This document shows positions 42,241 to 56,326 of a stretch of 64,000 bases of DNA, one piece after another (within the stretch, counting starts at the first letter, position 1; each line of letters opens with the position of its first letter). The stretch lies in the NCBI GenBank assembly GCA_951406725.2, contig OX597823.1:42222001-42286000 (forward strand). The letters are read 5' to 3'. The DNA is from Octopus vulgaris (Eukaryota). The notes under the pieces are model-generated. The model was not told the origin of the DNA. It did not search any database and saw only the letters and a list, made by a program, of their open reading frames with translations. Position numbers and translations under genes: made by a program.

Positions 42241-43066
42241 AATTCTTCCTTAGTGCTCATGTGGCTAAATAATTCATTATGTCAATAAATGTCATAATAT
42301 GGTTTTCTGTTAAATATATATGGAATGTGACAAAGGTAGGCCTTTAAAAATATAGGTACTACTCATTTGTATCAGCTGAGCAGGCTGTAGTAACTAGCAA
42401 TATGAAATAAAATGCCTAACTCAAGGACACTATGCACTGTTGGATATCAAATTCACTACCTTACAATCATAAGCCAATATTGTAAACCACTTAGCCTCAT
42501 ATTTTCACAGATAAATAGACACACACATACATGCGTATTCACACACACATACACACACACATGCACACAATCATGATATTTTAGCATCCGTTTTTCCATG
42601 CTCACATGAGTCACATAGAATTTGTTTTCTGGCAGATGTTTTTAGACTTGATAAACTCTCAACTTGTTTCTAACTCAAGTAATATTTTCCCATGGTTGGA
42701 CATGATTTTTGCAGGATAATGGAAATGAAGGTTGTTGTTTGTATGACACAGTGACACTCCTTTTACAACCATTGTGTAAGGTCAAGACAAGGAAACACAA
42801 ACACACACATATCCATGCACATACATAGAGACATTCACATACATACAAACACACATACATCATCATCATCATCATCATTTAGCATCCATTGTCCATGATG
42901 GCATGGGTTGGATGATTTGACTGGGATGGCACACTGGAAGGCTGCCCCAGGTTCAAGTTTGATTTGGCATGGTTTTCTATGGCTGGATGCTCTTCCTAAT
43001 GCCAACCAGTCTGAGAGTGTAATGTGTGCTTTTATGTGCCTTCAGGTGGGTGTCATTTGCATGACA

Positions 43067-43366
43067 CCAGTATCTGCCATGTCTGTAATTTTGCTCAGCT
43101 TGATGGCTCTTTTTCTCAAGCATGACATAATGCTAAAGGTATTGGTAGTTACCTTCATGAGGCCCAATACTCAAAAGGAACTCAACCACCTCACTTCCAT
43201 GATGGCTGTGTTCCTTTCGAGCATTGGGTTTCATGGAAGCAAAGTGGCCAAGTTCCTTTCAAGAGTTGGGTCTCAGGGAGGCAATGACCAAGACCTTTGA
43301 TATTATGTCATGCTTGAGAAGAAGAGCCATCAAGCCACGCCTTATCACAGTCATGGCAGATACTGG
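43067..43366. repeat. Imperfect 300-bp palindrome
   Basis: ccagtatctgccatg...cttgatggctcttt..ctcaagcatgacataat is mirrored by attatgtcatgcttgag..agagccatcaag...catggcagatactgg. Confidence 0.8.
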
Positions 43367-44276
43367 AGTTGCACATATTTATAAACATATACAAAGGAAC
43401 ATACATATAATCTTCTTTCAGTTCTTGTATACCAAATCCACTCACAAGGCTTTTAGCTGGCCCACAACTGTAATAGAAGATAGTTGCCCTAGTAGCTACA
43501 CAGGATGGAGTGTGTGCATGTGTATGCATTATATATACATGTATATATACTCACTCACACGTGTGTGTGTGTATATATATATGTATATATGTATTCATAT
43601 ACACACAAATATCCATATAAGTGTATCTGCCTGTATACATTACATACATATATATATGTATATTACATATATATATATATATATACATACATGTGTGTGT
43701 GTACATGCATGTATATTCACACTCAATAGGTAGAAATAAATGAATGGAAAATTCCTTTTCTCTAATCTATAATTGTTGTATTTCATTATTATTTTCTATA
43801 TAATTTTAATTAATTTAAAAAAAATTTTATCCTCTTTTTGATTAGTGCATCAATTCTGTTAATTTTGAAAATTGGAAAAAATTTTCTTTAAGTTTTCTTC
43901 TTCTTTGCTTTAATTTTCACATCTTTACCATTTTTATAGCTCTTTTTTTTTTTTTTCAAATCTGTCATTTTATAATTTTCTTAAGAAATGTTTTTAAAAA
44001 ACTATGTTGAGATTTTTCTATTTTACTCATGGACAATAGAATTTCATTGGTTTTGTTGTGCTTATTAGATTGTCGGTTCAATTCTCTATCCCACAATTTT
44101 CAGGAACAAAAACACAACAAAGCAGAACTTTTTTTTTTTTAATTTTCTTTTGGATATTTCATAACCATACACTGATGCAGACCTCTGGATCATTACTGGA
44201 TTGAATTGATATTATCAGTTTACTATGCTTTTGTCATGATTATAAGCATGCTAATTTGTCATACCTGTCATGGTTC

Positions 44277-44540
44277 TAACCCTTTCGTGACCATATTTCT
44301 GATGAAATACACAGCATATGTGTTTCAATTAATTTGGAAGTAATCAGAAATTTAAAAAGATTTAGGAAAATGAATAACTTTTTCATTAATAAGCTGGTGT
44401 TTCGGAACATAATTTAACAAAAGGTTGTAACATAGATTGATGATGGAAGGTTTTAATTTGAATATGAACACTTTAAAATACGAAGTATTGCATCATAGAG
44501 TCAGAGACTGTCTGAAAAAAGTTGGTGTCAAAAGAATTAG
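44277..44540. mobile_element. Decayed piggyBac-like MITE; a second, inverted copy lies at about 45180-45380
   Basis: taaccctttcgtgacc...ggtgtcaaaagaattag ends; the internal gtttcaattaattt is the reverse complement of aaattaattgaaac at about 45327. Confidence 0.5.
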
Positions 44541-46090
44541 ATTGTTTTCAATTCAGGAGCAAGCAAGGCCAGCAAATGAGAAAGAGAGGGTTTAGCTGAT
44601 ATGCTCACCCCAATGCTTGACTGTTACTTTTTTTTATCCATCTTAGACAGGATAAAAGATGAAGCTGACCTCACAGATATTTGAGAAGAGCATGAACAAA
44701 TACCATAAGATACTCTAACAATCTTCCATTCCACTGCCTTTCCAAATGGATTACTAATGAACATAACTTTTTCATAATTTCGCCACACTTGTTAAACTTG
44801 TCAATTTACTAATTGTCCTCCTGTTCATCATTTATGTCAAAGCTTCAATTCTTGAAAATTTTGACACATAGTGATAACTTTATCGGCTATCTTGATTTTT
44901 CCTAGCTTCTTTGAGTTGGGGTAGATGGATAAATCTTTACTAACTTTCACAATATAATGTTTTGCTTCTTTTTGTATTTTGTTTCTCTGTTACACACACA
45001 ACATATGTATGTACGATGGATTTTCTCATCATGAATGACGAATGAGGATTTAGTAAAATAAAGCAGTAATCAATGTTCTATGGACACTAGTGTGTCTCTT
45101 GAGGCCTGCTAGTGCCTTAACTTTTTGGCAAATAGAACAAATCACACTGTCAGTCAGGTTCCAGTAAAGCCTCTGTTTAACACTTTTAACACTTTTAACA
45201 CTCCAAACCACCCTGTTTCAAAGTGACTTCTATTAAAATTTCCCATCAAAGTATCATGTTGATTTATATTCCAAAAATCTATGTAATAATAACAGAGTTA
45301 TTCTAATAAATTTTTCATTATTTTCAAAATTAATTGAAACAGATGCAGTATATTTTAACAGAAACATGATAACAAAAGTGCTTTGTTTTTACTCTAAAAG
45401 AAGACTTTGCACATAATCATATCATTTTAGAGCTAGAGGTTTATCTTCTGTTCTACCATAATTCCTGTAAACATAGATATTGAACTTTAAGGGCTATAGG
45501 TATTTAGGTTATCAATTATAGTAAACAACCGAAGCACTTATAGCTGACCTGATAATTTTTTTCTGTTATACTTCGGAAGTTTACAGCACACAAATATATT
45601 TAGAATAAAAAAATAACAGTTTGTTTTTCTTTCAAAACAAAATAAAGGTGAATTGTTTCCAATTCCTTTGAGGTAGCCATGTTACTATAATGGACTGATT
45701 ACCACTGATGAGTGAAGTTGAAAGGGGTTGGAAGTGGGGGAGATACGATGTAAAAGGCAAGCCTGAAATGAAGATGTTTGCATTCCCACATCACAGCTGT
45801 ATGAGACGTAGACATCGTATATCAGATTGTAGAGTAATACAAGGACTTTAAACTCTGTCAATTTTTACACACTTGTTATCAAGTTATCTACTATCGCACA
45901 TAACCGACAGCAGGACTTATCATAAAGCATGATAACGGATTGTAACGTTAGAGTATAAGTGACGTTTATGGACACCTTATATGTATTTAGAGTTTGGTAT
46001 GTTTCCTTTACATATAGATATCTATACACAGACACACACACACATTTATGCACACATGTATATGTACATGTGTAAGTGTGTATGTGTGTA

Positions 46091-46124
<34 letters not shown>

Positions 46125-47015
46125 AAATGGAATGAAAGAAAGTGAAATAAAATGAAATATAATAAAATATTTACATCATTACATCAAATGTATCTAGCAT
46201 TTGAGAAGGATTGTGCTTCTACTAAAGGGAGGAAATCCAACAGTTATAGTTACAGTGGAGTGAAGGCCATGGTTGGATTGGAAGAAGCAGCTAAGAGATA
46301 TCACTGCTAAGATATTGGGTGGCATTATCTCTGAGGTGATTGTAGATTTGTTGTTGTTGATTGAAATTGAAAAAGGGGCTTAAAAGAATAGGCTGCATTG
46401 TTAGTGTAAATCTCTAGATACCATTCATCTTTGTATTTTGTGTTTTTGTCTGTAAATCCATTCCTTTCCTTTTTCTACAAAGATCTCTGTCTCTCAGATC
46501 CATTAGATAAAACTGGACTACATACATGATTAAAGGCAAAGCTATGCAATTTTAATTCTTTAAATTCAGTAATGAATTCATATCCTTTTTGTTCTTTTGT
46601 TCTGTTTTGGGGGGTTTTGTTTTGGTGGTGGGGTTAATGCCATTTCATTTAAGAAACATTCAGTTTCCTTCAGGTAATTACAAAGTATCATTTGGAGATG
46701 ATCCTTTCAAATCAGAAAAAGAAAACATGTAATTCCTCTGTTAAGATGGCTTTAATAACCAATGGCCAACCTCATGAATTCATAATGAAACCTATGATTA
46801 TAATTAGCATTAGAATAATTAAAAAAGCAAAAATTTTATGACAGATAAAAAAAATAAACTAAGATACAGAACAAAACAGCCTCAGCAACAAACAGTTGAT
46901 GTAATGAAAACGTCATTTGTAACCCAAAATGATAAACAAAAATAATATGAGATCAGATATAATAAAATTAATACCAGAAGGAATTTTTCATCATGGGGAT
47001 ACATATACATATACA

Positions 47016-47082
<67 letters not shown>

Positions 47083-47296
47083 TGAGAGGTATTGATGTCA
47101 AGAAGATCCAAAGGAGTCAGGTAATGCTGAGTAAATGCTATGGACTGACTATAGCTAAGCTCCAGGTTTGATAATGATATGAATGAGGAGTCCAACGTAT
47201 GTTGTGTATTAACATGCATATATATAAAAAAATTAACAGAATGAGATAAAAAATCCAAGGTTGTGAATAGTTTTCAGAACATTTATAAAGAGAAGG

Positions 47297-47342
47297 TCTT
47301 ACAGCTGTTTCCATGATATTTTATATATCCCTTCATCAGAGA
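47297..47342 (-). ncRNA. Minimal type I hammerhead ribozyme
   Basis: Minus strand reads TCT CTGATGA AGG-GATAT-ATAAA-ATATC-ATG GAAACAGCTGTA^AGA, with palindromic stem III ACAGCTGT. The base of stem II is partly decayed. Confidence 0.72.
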
Positions 47343-50300
47343 TGGTGTGAGAAGTGTTTAAGTGATAGTTATTATAGAGAAAATATGAAATACAGAGTGA
47401 AGTGGAGGAATGAAAACAGGTGTGAGATACGTAAGGATATTGTATCTGCAGTTCCATCATTTAAGCAAAATGATGTATATACAAGTTTCCAGTACCTTGT
47501 GTATGAGTTCCAATGATGTTTATAGTTGGTCATTCCAAGCATAGAGTCTTGTAAATGGTGTTCAGCAAAATGTACTTGATTTAGTCAAGGTTAAACATTA
47601 ATGAATACAGGAGTTGTATGGGAGCTACTTCAAATTTTATGCTTAGATACAACAATAATCAGACAGGCTTGTATAGTGTACCGTGCACTTTAATCTTGAG
47701 AGAAAAAAATAAAAGTAAAACATAAAAGGAAAAAGGAGATGTGTGTGTGTGTGGGGTGGGGGGTAAGTGTGCATGTGTGTGTATGTAAGAATGTGTGTAT
47801 CATGGCTAGATTGGCACGTTTTTATACAGAAATTATTGCATCTCTAGTGACTTTAAAATGTTCACCTTTCCACAAGTGGTTACGTCTTCTTTAAGAATAC
47901 AACAACATTAAATGTTATCATGCTAATATAATATTATAATTCTTATTTTCATGTATGGATAATCATAAATACAATTATAGCTTTCACTTTCGTACATGAA
48001 TAATCATAACATTTATATAATCATTGGTAGGTTGCTTTTATTTATTTTATTTATTTTTTTATGCTTTTATTTATTTATTTTGGGATGTGGAGGCAGGTAA
48101 TCCATATTTGTTGGTGTAATCTTCATTCTTCTGTTTTTTGTAGAGGTAAAATTTAGTCATAGTCTGTTGAAACTTTTAGAGATTTTGCTATAGTATTTTC
48201 AGGTAATGTTTAATGTGTCTTTGTAGGTATCAGTATATTCTTCATGGAGCAATGTACAGAGTGTTGCTGCCTCTTGTTTACAATTCATGTTAGGAAAGCA
48301 CTCACATTGGAGTAGAGCTAATTATAATTAATGTTTGTTTTTATGTCAAATTTCTGTATTTTAACTTCAAAGTAAAAGTTTACTCATCGTTCTTTACTTG
48401 AGAACATATTCGTTTTTTTTTTTGTTTTTTTTTTGTATTTTTGCAGTAGCGTTTATATTTACACTAGTCATATTTAACTGGTGTGTTTATGTCAAGTCTC
48501 TTTATACCCTCTGACTAAGTGACTCAACAAATAAGAGATAACTGAAATAAGTAATGGAGAGAGTAAGTTCAACTAAACCAGTAAAAGTATTGCCCCAGCA
48601 TGGACACAATGCAATATCAGAAACCAATAAAAGCTTTAAAGAAAATTAAAGAATACAAAACGTAGTCCATCCTTATGGTAGTTTTAGACATAAATCATCC
48701 TTCTCTATTTTTATTTTTTGAATAAACTTGGAACTTATTTTGTAAATTACATTAGAATGAAAGAGAAATCCAAACTAGATGGTGTTTAAGTTATTTAACT
48801 GTAGGTTTCTACTATGTGACTAGCTACTAAAAGTTTCAGCTTTATCTGTAGCTCATGTGCTTCTGTTAGCAGCAGCTGTACGCAGATAAAATTTAGTGTT
48901 CGGATTTTAAAGTCTGCATTATTGATCAAGTTTCAGAAGCTTGCTATAATAAATTTAATTAAAAATATAGCTAAACCCACTTATTTAACCCATAACACAG
49001 AATAATAGTGATTTTTATCGTGAAAACATTTTCACTTTATTGTCTTTTGAATTTCCTCAAGATATTAACGAACATCTACTTTTTAAAATATTTCAAGCAC
49101 AACTTCAAATAACAAGTTGATTCCGAAAATGGTTTCCGCATTGACGAATTATTTTGGCATCTTATGCTTTCTATTACTTTCCATAATTGACTTGTTTCAA
49201 CAAACATTAAATTGACTGGCAGTCATGTTTTATTGGGGATGTTATAATTTCTCTAAGCTTTTAACCTATGACATTTCACAGAATGTGGCAATCGGGTGTG
49301 GGGCAAGAATTTAATGAAAATATCATACTCATAGAAGCAAAATGTTTTATACTCTTGAGTAAGTCTAAACTGAGTACTTACCAATTTCTTTTTTTTAGTG
49401 AAACAAAAAGTGTTTTTAACTAATCAGATTAGTTACCTAATTAATTTGCTTGTTTGTCATTATGATTTTTAAATCAAGTATTTCTATTTCTAACAAACTT
49501 GAAAAATTTAAACAAGATAGAATCTTTTTCTATATATCTTATGCATTCTAATCATTGAACCGTGACCATGCTGGGGCATCACTTACAAGGCTTTTTTTTA
49601 GTAAAACAAATTCATCCCAGTACTTGTTTTTAAGTTTGGTACATATTCTATCAGTCACTTTTGCCAAACCACTAAGTTATGGGAATGAAAACAAACTAAC
49701 ACTAATTGTGAAGAGTGTTAGGGGTAAAACACACATACACAAACACACACACACATAAGATGAAATCCTTTCAGTCTGTCAATCAAATCCACTCTCAAGG
49801 ATTTGGTCAACCTAGAGCTATAGTTAGAACTTACCCAAAGTGCCATACTGTGGGATTGAACCTGAGACCACATGGTCAGGAAGCAATCTTTCCAATGATA
49901 CCATCACATTTATGTTTTTTTCTGTGAATAAAAATTAATCATTGAAATATTCAGTTTGAAGTTCTTGTTTGACATTTGTTTGCTTAATTTGATTTGTCTA
50001 TAATACAGACTGGAATTGAAGATTTTGGAAAAGTTCTTATGCTCATTTTCTATCACTATTTCCTTTTTTTCAAATGCTGCTAGAGCATTATGATCACCAA
50101 TTTTTGTTTTGGAATATTGTCATATAAATCAATCAGTTTTAACTTTTTATACATCTTTGAACATTCTTACATTATTTTCCATAAAACCGCTCATTATCTT
50201 TTATCAATTCATGTTATAACTTCATAATTTTATACATTACAAACTGTTTCTTTCTACACCTGACTACCAGTAATAAGAGTTGGTGCCTATTTGCCCTGAA

Positions 50301-52384
50301 ACATGCTCTGCAATTTGCTAAACTCCAAATAAAAACAAACGGCTAAAACATACCCTATACATTGCATAATGGTCATTTGTAATAACACATCAGTGCTGAG
50401 TACGTTTAAGAATTTCTCTTGCAACCAAGTGGTTTTAGGGTTTAGCCCTGCTGCTTGGCACCTTAAGGAAGTATTTTCTGCTGCAGCCCCAAGCTATGGA
50501 AGCCTTATGAGTAAATTTGGTAGATGGAAACTGTGTGGAAGCTCATTTTATATATATGTATATCCTTGTCTTGACTTTATCCGATGAATGTAAATGAGTG
50601 TCATCATCATACAAGAAAAGTCGCGCATTTCCAATCTTTCATGAAAAATATGAATGGCCATGAGAAATAGTAACTTGCCTGGAAATAGGTGCAAGTTGGT
50701 GACAGAAAGGACATCCAGCTATAGAAAATGAGCCTAACAAACACTGATTGACCTATCAATCATAAAAAAGTGGATATTAAATATGATGACCATGATGAGC
50801 CACAACAAAATCGTTACATATTAAATTTAGTTTGACTGGGGAAACTGCATATATACAATGATCATTCAAGAATGTCTTATAATAATTAAGTAGTAACTAC
50901 AAGGGACTTCACAGGATTGATAAACTCTATGAGGAAAATCATATTCAGTGGAAGAGAATCATATATGAAAACATTCAGAAAAGGAACAGTGATGTACAGA
51001 AACAAAATTATTTTTGATAATAAATATGAGCTGGGGCTAGAGAGGTCACACGACTCAGAGTACAAGTTAAAACATCTTCAAGTTTATTACAAAAACACTG
51101 CCTCTTTACTTTTTCTTTCCTCATACGAATACATTAGTTGAAACTAAACATTATAACATATTTACAAAGGCTTTATATTTTTCTTAAACTCCAATACCTT
51201 GTTTCGAAGAAACACAAACGATGCCAGTGATTGAATGCACTATTCGTTCACAGAATAATAATTTACTCCTTAATTAACTACAAAAATTCATCAATTCACT
51301 ATCGATATTTCTTAAAATGCTATAATTTTCCCATCCAGATGTAGTAACCCTATGAAAAAAGCATTATTCAAAGCCATCAGTAACAAGTATTACACATTGT
51401 ATGAAGGTACATTGATTACACAGCAAAACTCAATTATGAATCTACAATGTTATCTCTTTGGTGATTTATATATTAAAGTGACTTCTTGATTTCATCCCAA
51501 TACTCACTCATGATTCAAAATAATTTACATCATGTTAACAAAATCTTTTATACACATCTGACATTTTAGCTTTCTTCTTTAGCTAAGGATATTGACTGAG
51601 TTTTTCTTAATTTTGATTAAAATCAAGTAATGTAATTGCTTTTAGGTTCATGGATAGCACTTACATCTGTGCAGTGGAAAAATTGAACATAATGGTGTGC
51701 TTCATAGAAATTTTAAGGTTAAAAGTTACCGTTTTAAAAGAATATATTGTCAGAAAAACTACAATCAGGCAAATTTTAAACAAAAACTTTTGTATACATT
51801 ATGTGATAAATGTTTGCAAAGAAACCTTTGAACAATTCCAAGAGAAGTCAAACAACATAAGATGTTGTCAATGACAGAAAAGTGAAAAGATACTGTATTA
51901 CTCTACATAGTCTATTTAATGATTCTATAATATTTCAGGTAAAGATTTCCCTTTTACAAATAGAATGAAAATAGTGAAAAATTTTGGAGAAATGTATTGT
52001 CGTCTTCCTCTTATTTTTGTTATTGTTTAGCCCAAGGTCAGCTCTATTAAAATAGACCTGTGATCAAAGATGCTCCAGCATGATTATCAGATAGCATATC
52101 TAAGACTATCTAATGAGCTGTTCGTTTTTGTTTAAGATTTTGGATTGTGGTGTGAGGGAGACTCAACTGTTCTTTCTGGCGGGTTCAGCAGTTATATAGA
52201 GGTTCCATAATTTGTTCATATTTGTCTTGCTATTGTTGGTGCTGATGGTATGAATGGTATGGCAATGGCAGTGGTGGCAGCGGTGGTGGTGGCGGTGGTG
52301 GTAGTGGTGGTGGTGGTGGTGGTGGTGGAAGATAGCCTACATTGCATTAGGACATTATCTAAAACCAAATCATTGATATTAAAT

Positions 52385-52740
52385 CAATATAACATTCATA
52401 ATATTGTCCAATAAATGCCTCTCAATAAAGTGAGGAATATAGTTCTAGAGACCTCTATAGAATCTACCCTTACACATGGTTGTATGACCTGGGATATCAA
52501 CAAACAAATCGGAAATCCTATCAGTGCTGCAGAGATTAATTTCTTATAAGAATACTGAAGGTAGCCTATGTAGATAGTGTGATAGACATTGACGCCCTTA
52601 GATGGACAACGACCACCAGAAAGCTTCTCAGCAACATAGAGACACAACAGGCTCAGTTCATTAGTCATCATAAGAGGAAAAAAACCTTGAATGTTTAGTC
52701 ACTTCTTAACTACAAAGAAGAAGCCAGGGAAGAGAAAGAA
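52385..52740 (+). mobile_element. Old RTE-type LINE C-terminal fragment
   Basis: + frame SIESTLTHGCMTWDINKQIGNPISAAEINFL resembles the RTE LLYGCETW...AAEM.FL motif. Confidence 0.55.
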
Positions 52741-52862
52741 AAGATAATTGTGATACAAGTTGGTTACAGAATGGTTGACCCACAAAGTTGTTAATGTGAG
52801 AGGAGGGGAATCTAGATCTATGATCACCAGCATCTGTAAATATGAATTGGTAAAGATTAATA

Positions 52863-53088
52863 TATAGTAATCCTTAACCATATCGTGGTTCACCTATCAT
52901 GGTTTATTATTTAAGCTTATACCAACTACTCCATAGTGTTGTTTTGCATTTATAATAAAGTAAATATATACAAATTATAAAAATAATTTTAAAAATATGC
53001 ATTACAGTACTGTTTCTACTTCATGGATTTTTACCTATCACAGAGGGTTTTGGAACATAACACCCACAATATTTGAGGAATTACTGTA
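52863..53088. mobile_element. pogo/Tigger-like MITE
   Basis: Imperfect TIRs ta(t)agtaatcctt...atatcgtg and cacaatatttgaggaattactgta, with TA ends. Confidence 0.6.
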
Positions 53089-53613
53089 TATGTTTTCTGG
53101 AAAATAATGTAAAATGTTCAAGGATGTAACAGATAAAAATGGCTAATTTATATGACAATATTCCAAAACAAAAATTGGGGATCATAATGCTCTAAGAGCA
53201 TTTGATAAAAGGAAACAGTGATAGAAGTAGAGTATGAGAAATTTATTCCAAAATCTGCAATTCCAGTCTGTATTATGAATGTTAGACAATTCCAGGTTAA
53301 ACAAAATAATGGAGAACAAGAACCTCAAACTGAATATTTCAATATTTAATTTTCATTCACAGAAACAAGTACAGATGTGGCTAAGTGATTGAGAAGCCTG
53401 TTTTGTAAGCATGTGGTCTCAGTTTCAGTCCCACTTTGGGCCAGTTCTACTATAGCTCTAGGCCAACCAAATTCTTTTGAGTGGCTTTTGAAAGAAGGGA
53501 TAACATTGATGTATATACTGTTAGTACAACAAATGAACTATAGAAAAACAAAATATTTTAAGACTATATACAAATACAAAGATTATATATATATATACTG
53601 TTTTTATTTGCAG

Positions 53614-53790
53614 GTCAGTGCCAGGTACCTTCAATTCTCAATGGAAGTGTGACGCATGGTCGTGAAGGTGCATGGGTAGACCATGAAACATTTATCAACT
53701 TTCGCTGCAGGGAAGGCCTCGTACTTAATGACACCTCACATGTCAAGTGTGACAATGGAACATGGAGTTTAACCCCTAGATGTATTCCTG
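53614..53790 (+). CDS. Internal exon (177 nt, phase 1 to 1) encoding one complete CCP/Sushi domain; Hikaru genki/LEV-9-like protein
   Basis: tttttatttgcAG acceptor and G|gtaagt donor. Translates (G)QCQVPSILNGSVTHGREGAWVDHETFINFRCREGLVLNDTSHVKCDNGTWSLTPRCIP with 4 Cys and the conserved Trp. The family assignment is from recalled similarity only. Confidence 0.92.
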
Positions 53791-54247
53791 GTAAGTAATT
53801 CCACTAATCTTCTACTACATTTTCTTCTTTGGTCACTCAAACAACCAGAAGACTATCTTTGGTTTCAGAAATTTTTTTATTTTTATATTTTAAATCTGAT
53901 ATAGGATTGGATCAGTTCAGATATTTTCTCTGACTGATTGTATTTTCATGTAATATTCCTGCTTCAATTATAGGGGCATATACGTCTCCAGTTGTCTTAT
54001 TCAATTTGCTTCTCTAATAATGTTACAAAATGCACAATCATGCATGCACAGCCAAACATACATATCATGCATATGCTATTTATCATCGAGTCTTTATTCA
54101 TATTAATATTTCAATATGTAATTATATTGTTTTTCTTTTATTTATTTACATTTTTACATTATTATATTTCATCAACAAGTCATAATTAATTTTGTCATGT
54201 TTTAATTTTATATTAGCCATATATATATATATGTATTTATGTGTGTG

Positions 54248-54294
<47 letters not shown>

Positions 54295-54324
54295 ATATGT
54301 GTATATATATGTATATATGTGTAT

Positions 54325-54366
<42 letters not shown>

Positions 54367-54379
54367 GTATATATATATA

Positions 54380-54426
<47 letters not shown>

Positions 54427-55894
54427 GCATGCACATGTGTACATACATGTATATCTAATGTATAAATATATATATATGTATATATATATACGTGTTGTGT
54501 GTCTACAATAAGACAAATACATTCATGCATACGTGACATTTCCATCTTCACCTCCATATTCATGCATATATTTTAACATTTTCAATGCTCTTTCTATTCG
54601 TTTCAACCTTATATGAGCATTCAATATGCAGTCATTCATTTACATGTTTGTTTCAATTAATATTTTAAACCATTTGTGAACATCTCTAATATTGCCTATT
54701 CATACTTTAAACATATACAACCAGCCATGGATTTCCTGCTTTTATTTATTTATGTTTTTGACCACACATACTATATATTGTTATACATACACATCTTTGA
54801 TTTATTTACACATGTGTACGAATTCATACATATAAAAATAAATGTATGTATGTATGTATATATATTTTTATAAATGTAAACATAAATATGTCTTTAGAGA
54901 GAGAAAAAGTGTGTGTGTGTGTGTGTGTGTGATAATGTGTGTGTGTGTGTGTGAGAGAGAGTGTGTGTGCATGTGATAGTGTGTGTGTGTGAGAGAGAGA
55001 GAGAGCAAGAGAGAATCAATCAGATATTTATATCATTTTATGTATGTATTTAGAAGAAACAGTATCACCTTAGTGTAACATCTTATGACTAACCTCTTTT
55101 CCATAATTATACCTGTAGCAAATAAAAAATTAAGAACGACCATTATACCAACTATATGAAACAATTCAAATAAGAAAGTGACAATAAGTAGAGACAGCGA
55201 TTAAAGAATGAAAAGTACACTTATATAACTGGGTAATTCCCATCATCAGCTACCAATCAGTTATGCTCATGGTTTTGACAACTTAAGGCAGAATAATTTT
55301 CTTTAATGCTGTCAAACAACATTAAAAAATATAGTGCAGTTTTGTTGAAAAAGGGAAAGCATACTTTTATCTAGATTTTAAAACACAAATACAAAAACTG
55401 AAAACATAACATGTAGAATAAAAATTACGACCAATAAATTATAATACTTGCACTGAAATTATGAGAAACATACCTTGACTAAAACAACAAAACACTAGTG
55501 AAGTAAAAGTAAAACAGGAGGGTAAATAATAATTTATTATGAATATATTTATCATAAAATTCATATAGACTATGATTTTAAGTTTTACCTGACAACTTTT
55601 ACAACTAGCCGTAGCTTATTTGCAGAAGACATAACTTTTATGATAAATTTGACTCTGCTCGCTCTTAAATTTGAGTACTATTCCATTTGTGACTTGTTCT
55701 GCAACTAGCTTTAAAATAATAACCGCCATGTAAAATTTATACATAAATATGCATGTAATTTATATTGTTATATTAGTACATATGCACATTTATAAGTACA
55801 TGTATGTATGTATTCATAAATGCATGTAAGCATGCACACACATATACATACTTGTATATGTGTGTGTATATGTATGTATATATATGTGTGTGTG

Positions 55895-55926
<32 letters not shown>

Positions 55927-55935
55927 TATATGTAC

Positions 55936-56040
<105 letters not shown>

Positions 56041-56188
56041 GAGAGAGAGAGAGATCTTGTACACACAATAGAATCAAAGATACTTAAAGATATCAAAATA
56101 TTAGACAGTCTTTAGCTGTGACTAAGAACTATGTTAGAATGCAAATAATTCTTCTATACTTTTAATGTGTAGCAAAAAAATGGAGGTT

Positions 56189-56234
56189 CTACTTACAGAC
56201 CATTTCCTGAGTTCTTTATTACTCATTAGAGAAG
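56189..56234 (-). ncRNA. Heavily degenerate hammerhead-like remnant
   Basis: Minus strand reads CTTCT CTAATGA GTAATAAAGAACTCAG GAAAT GGTCT GTA^AGTAG. Confidence 0.3.
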
Positions 56235-56278
56235 GCACATCCAATCTTCTTCCCAGAAGTGGTCACAGTGTTCAGCTG

Positions 56279-56324
<46 letters not shown>

Positions 56325-56326
<2 letters not shown>

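Larger units (their letters stand above)
49790..53490. repeat. Old inverted duplication with arms at about 49790-50218 and 52836-53490
   Basis: For example ccaatttttgttttggaatattgtcatataaat (50097) is the exact reverse complement of atttatatgacaatattccaaaacaaaaattgg (53146). Confidence 0.85.

Noticed and set aside
45703-45732. CTGATGA GTGAAGTT GAAA hammerhead-like core
   Set aside because: Stems II and III cannot form convincingly.
50917-51874. Short ORFs between the inverted-duplication arms as a possible transposase
   Set aside because: I could not recognise any DDE or other motif.
53389-53652. 87-aa ORF overlapping exon 3
   Set aside because: It starts in a SINE and is in a different frame from the CCP reading; the splice-defined exon explains the locus.
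55215-55255. Minus-strand CTGATGA TGGG-AATTA-CCCA
   Set aside because: It is followed by GTTA instead of GAAA and has no stem I or III; at best an unrecognisable remnant.
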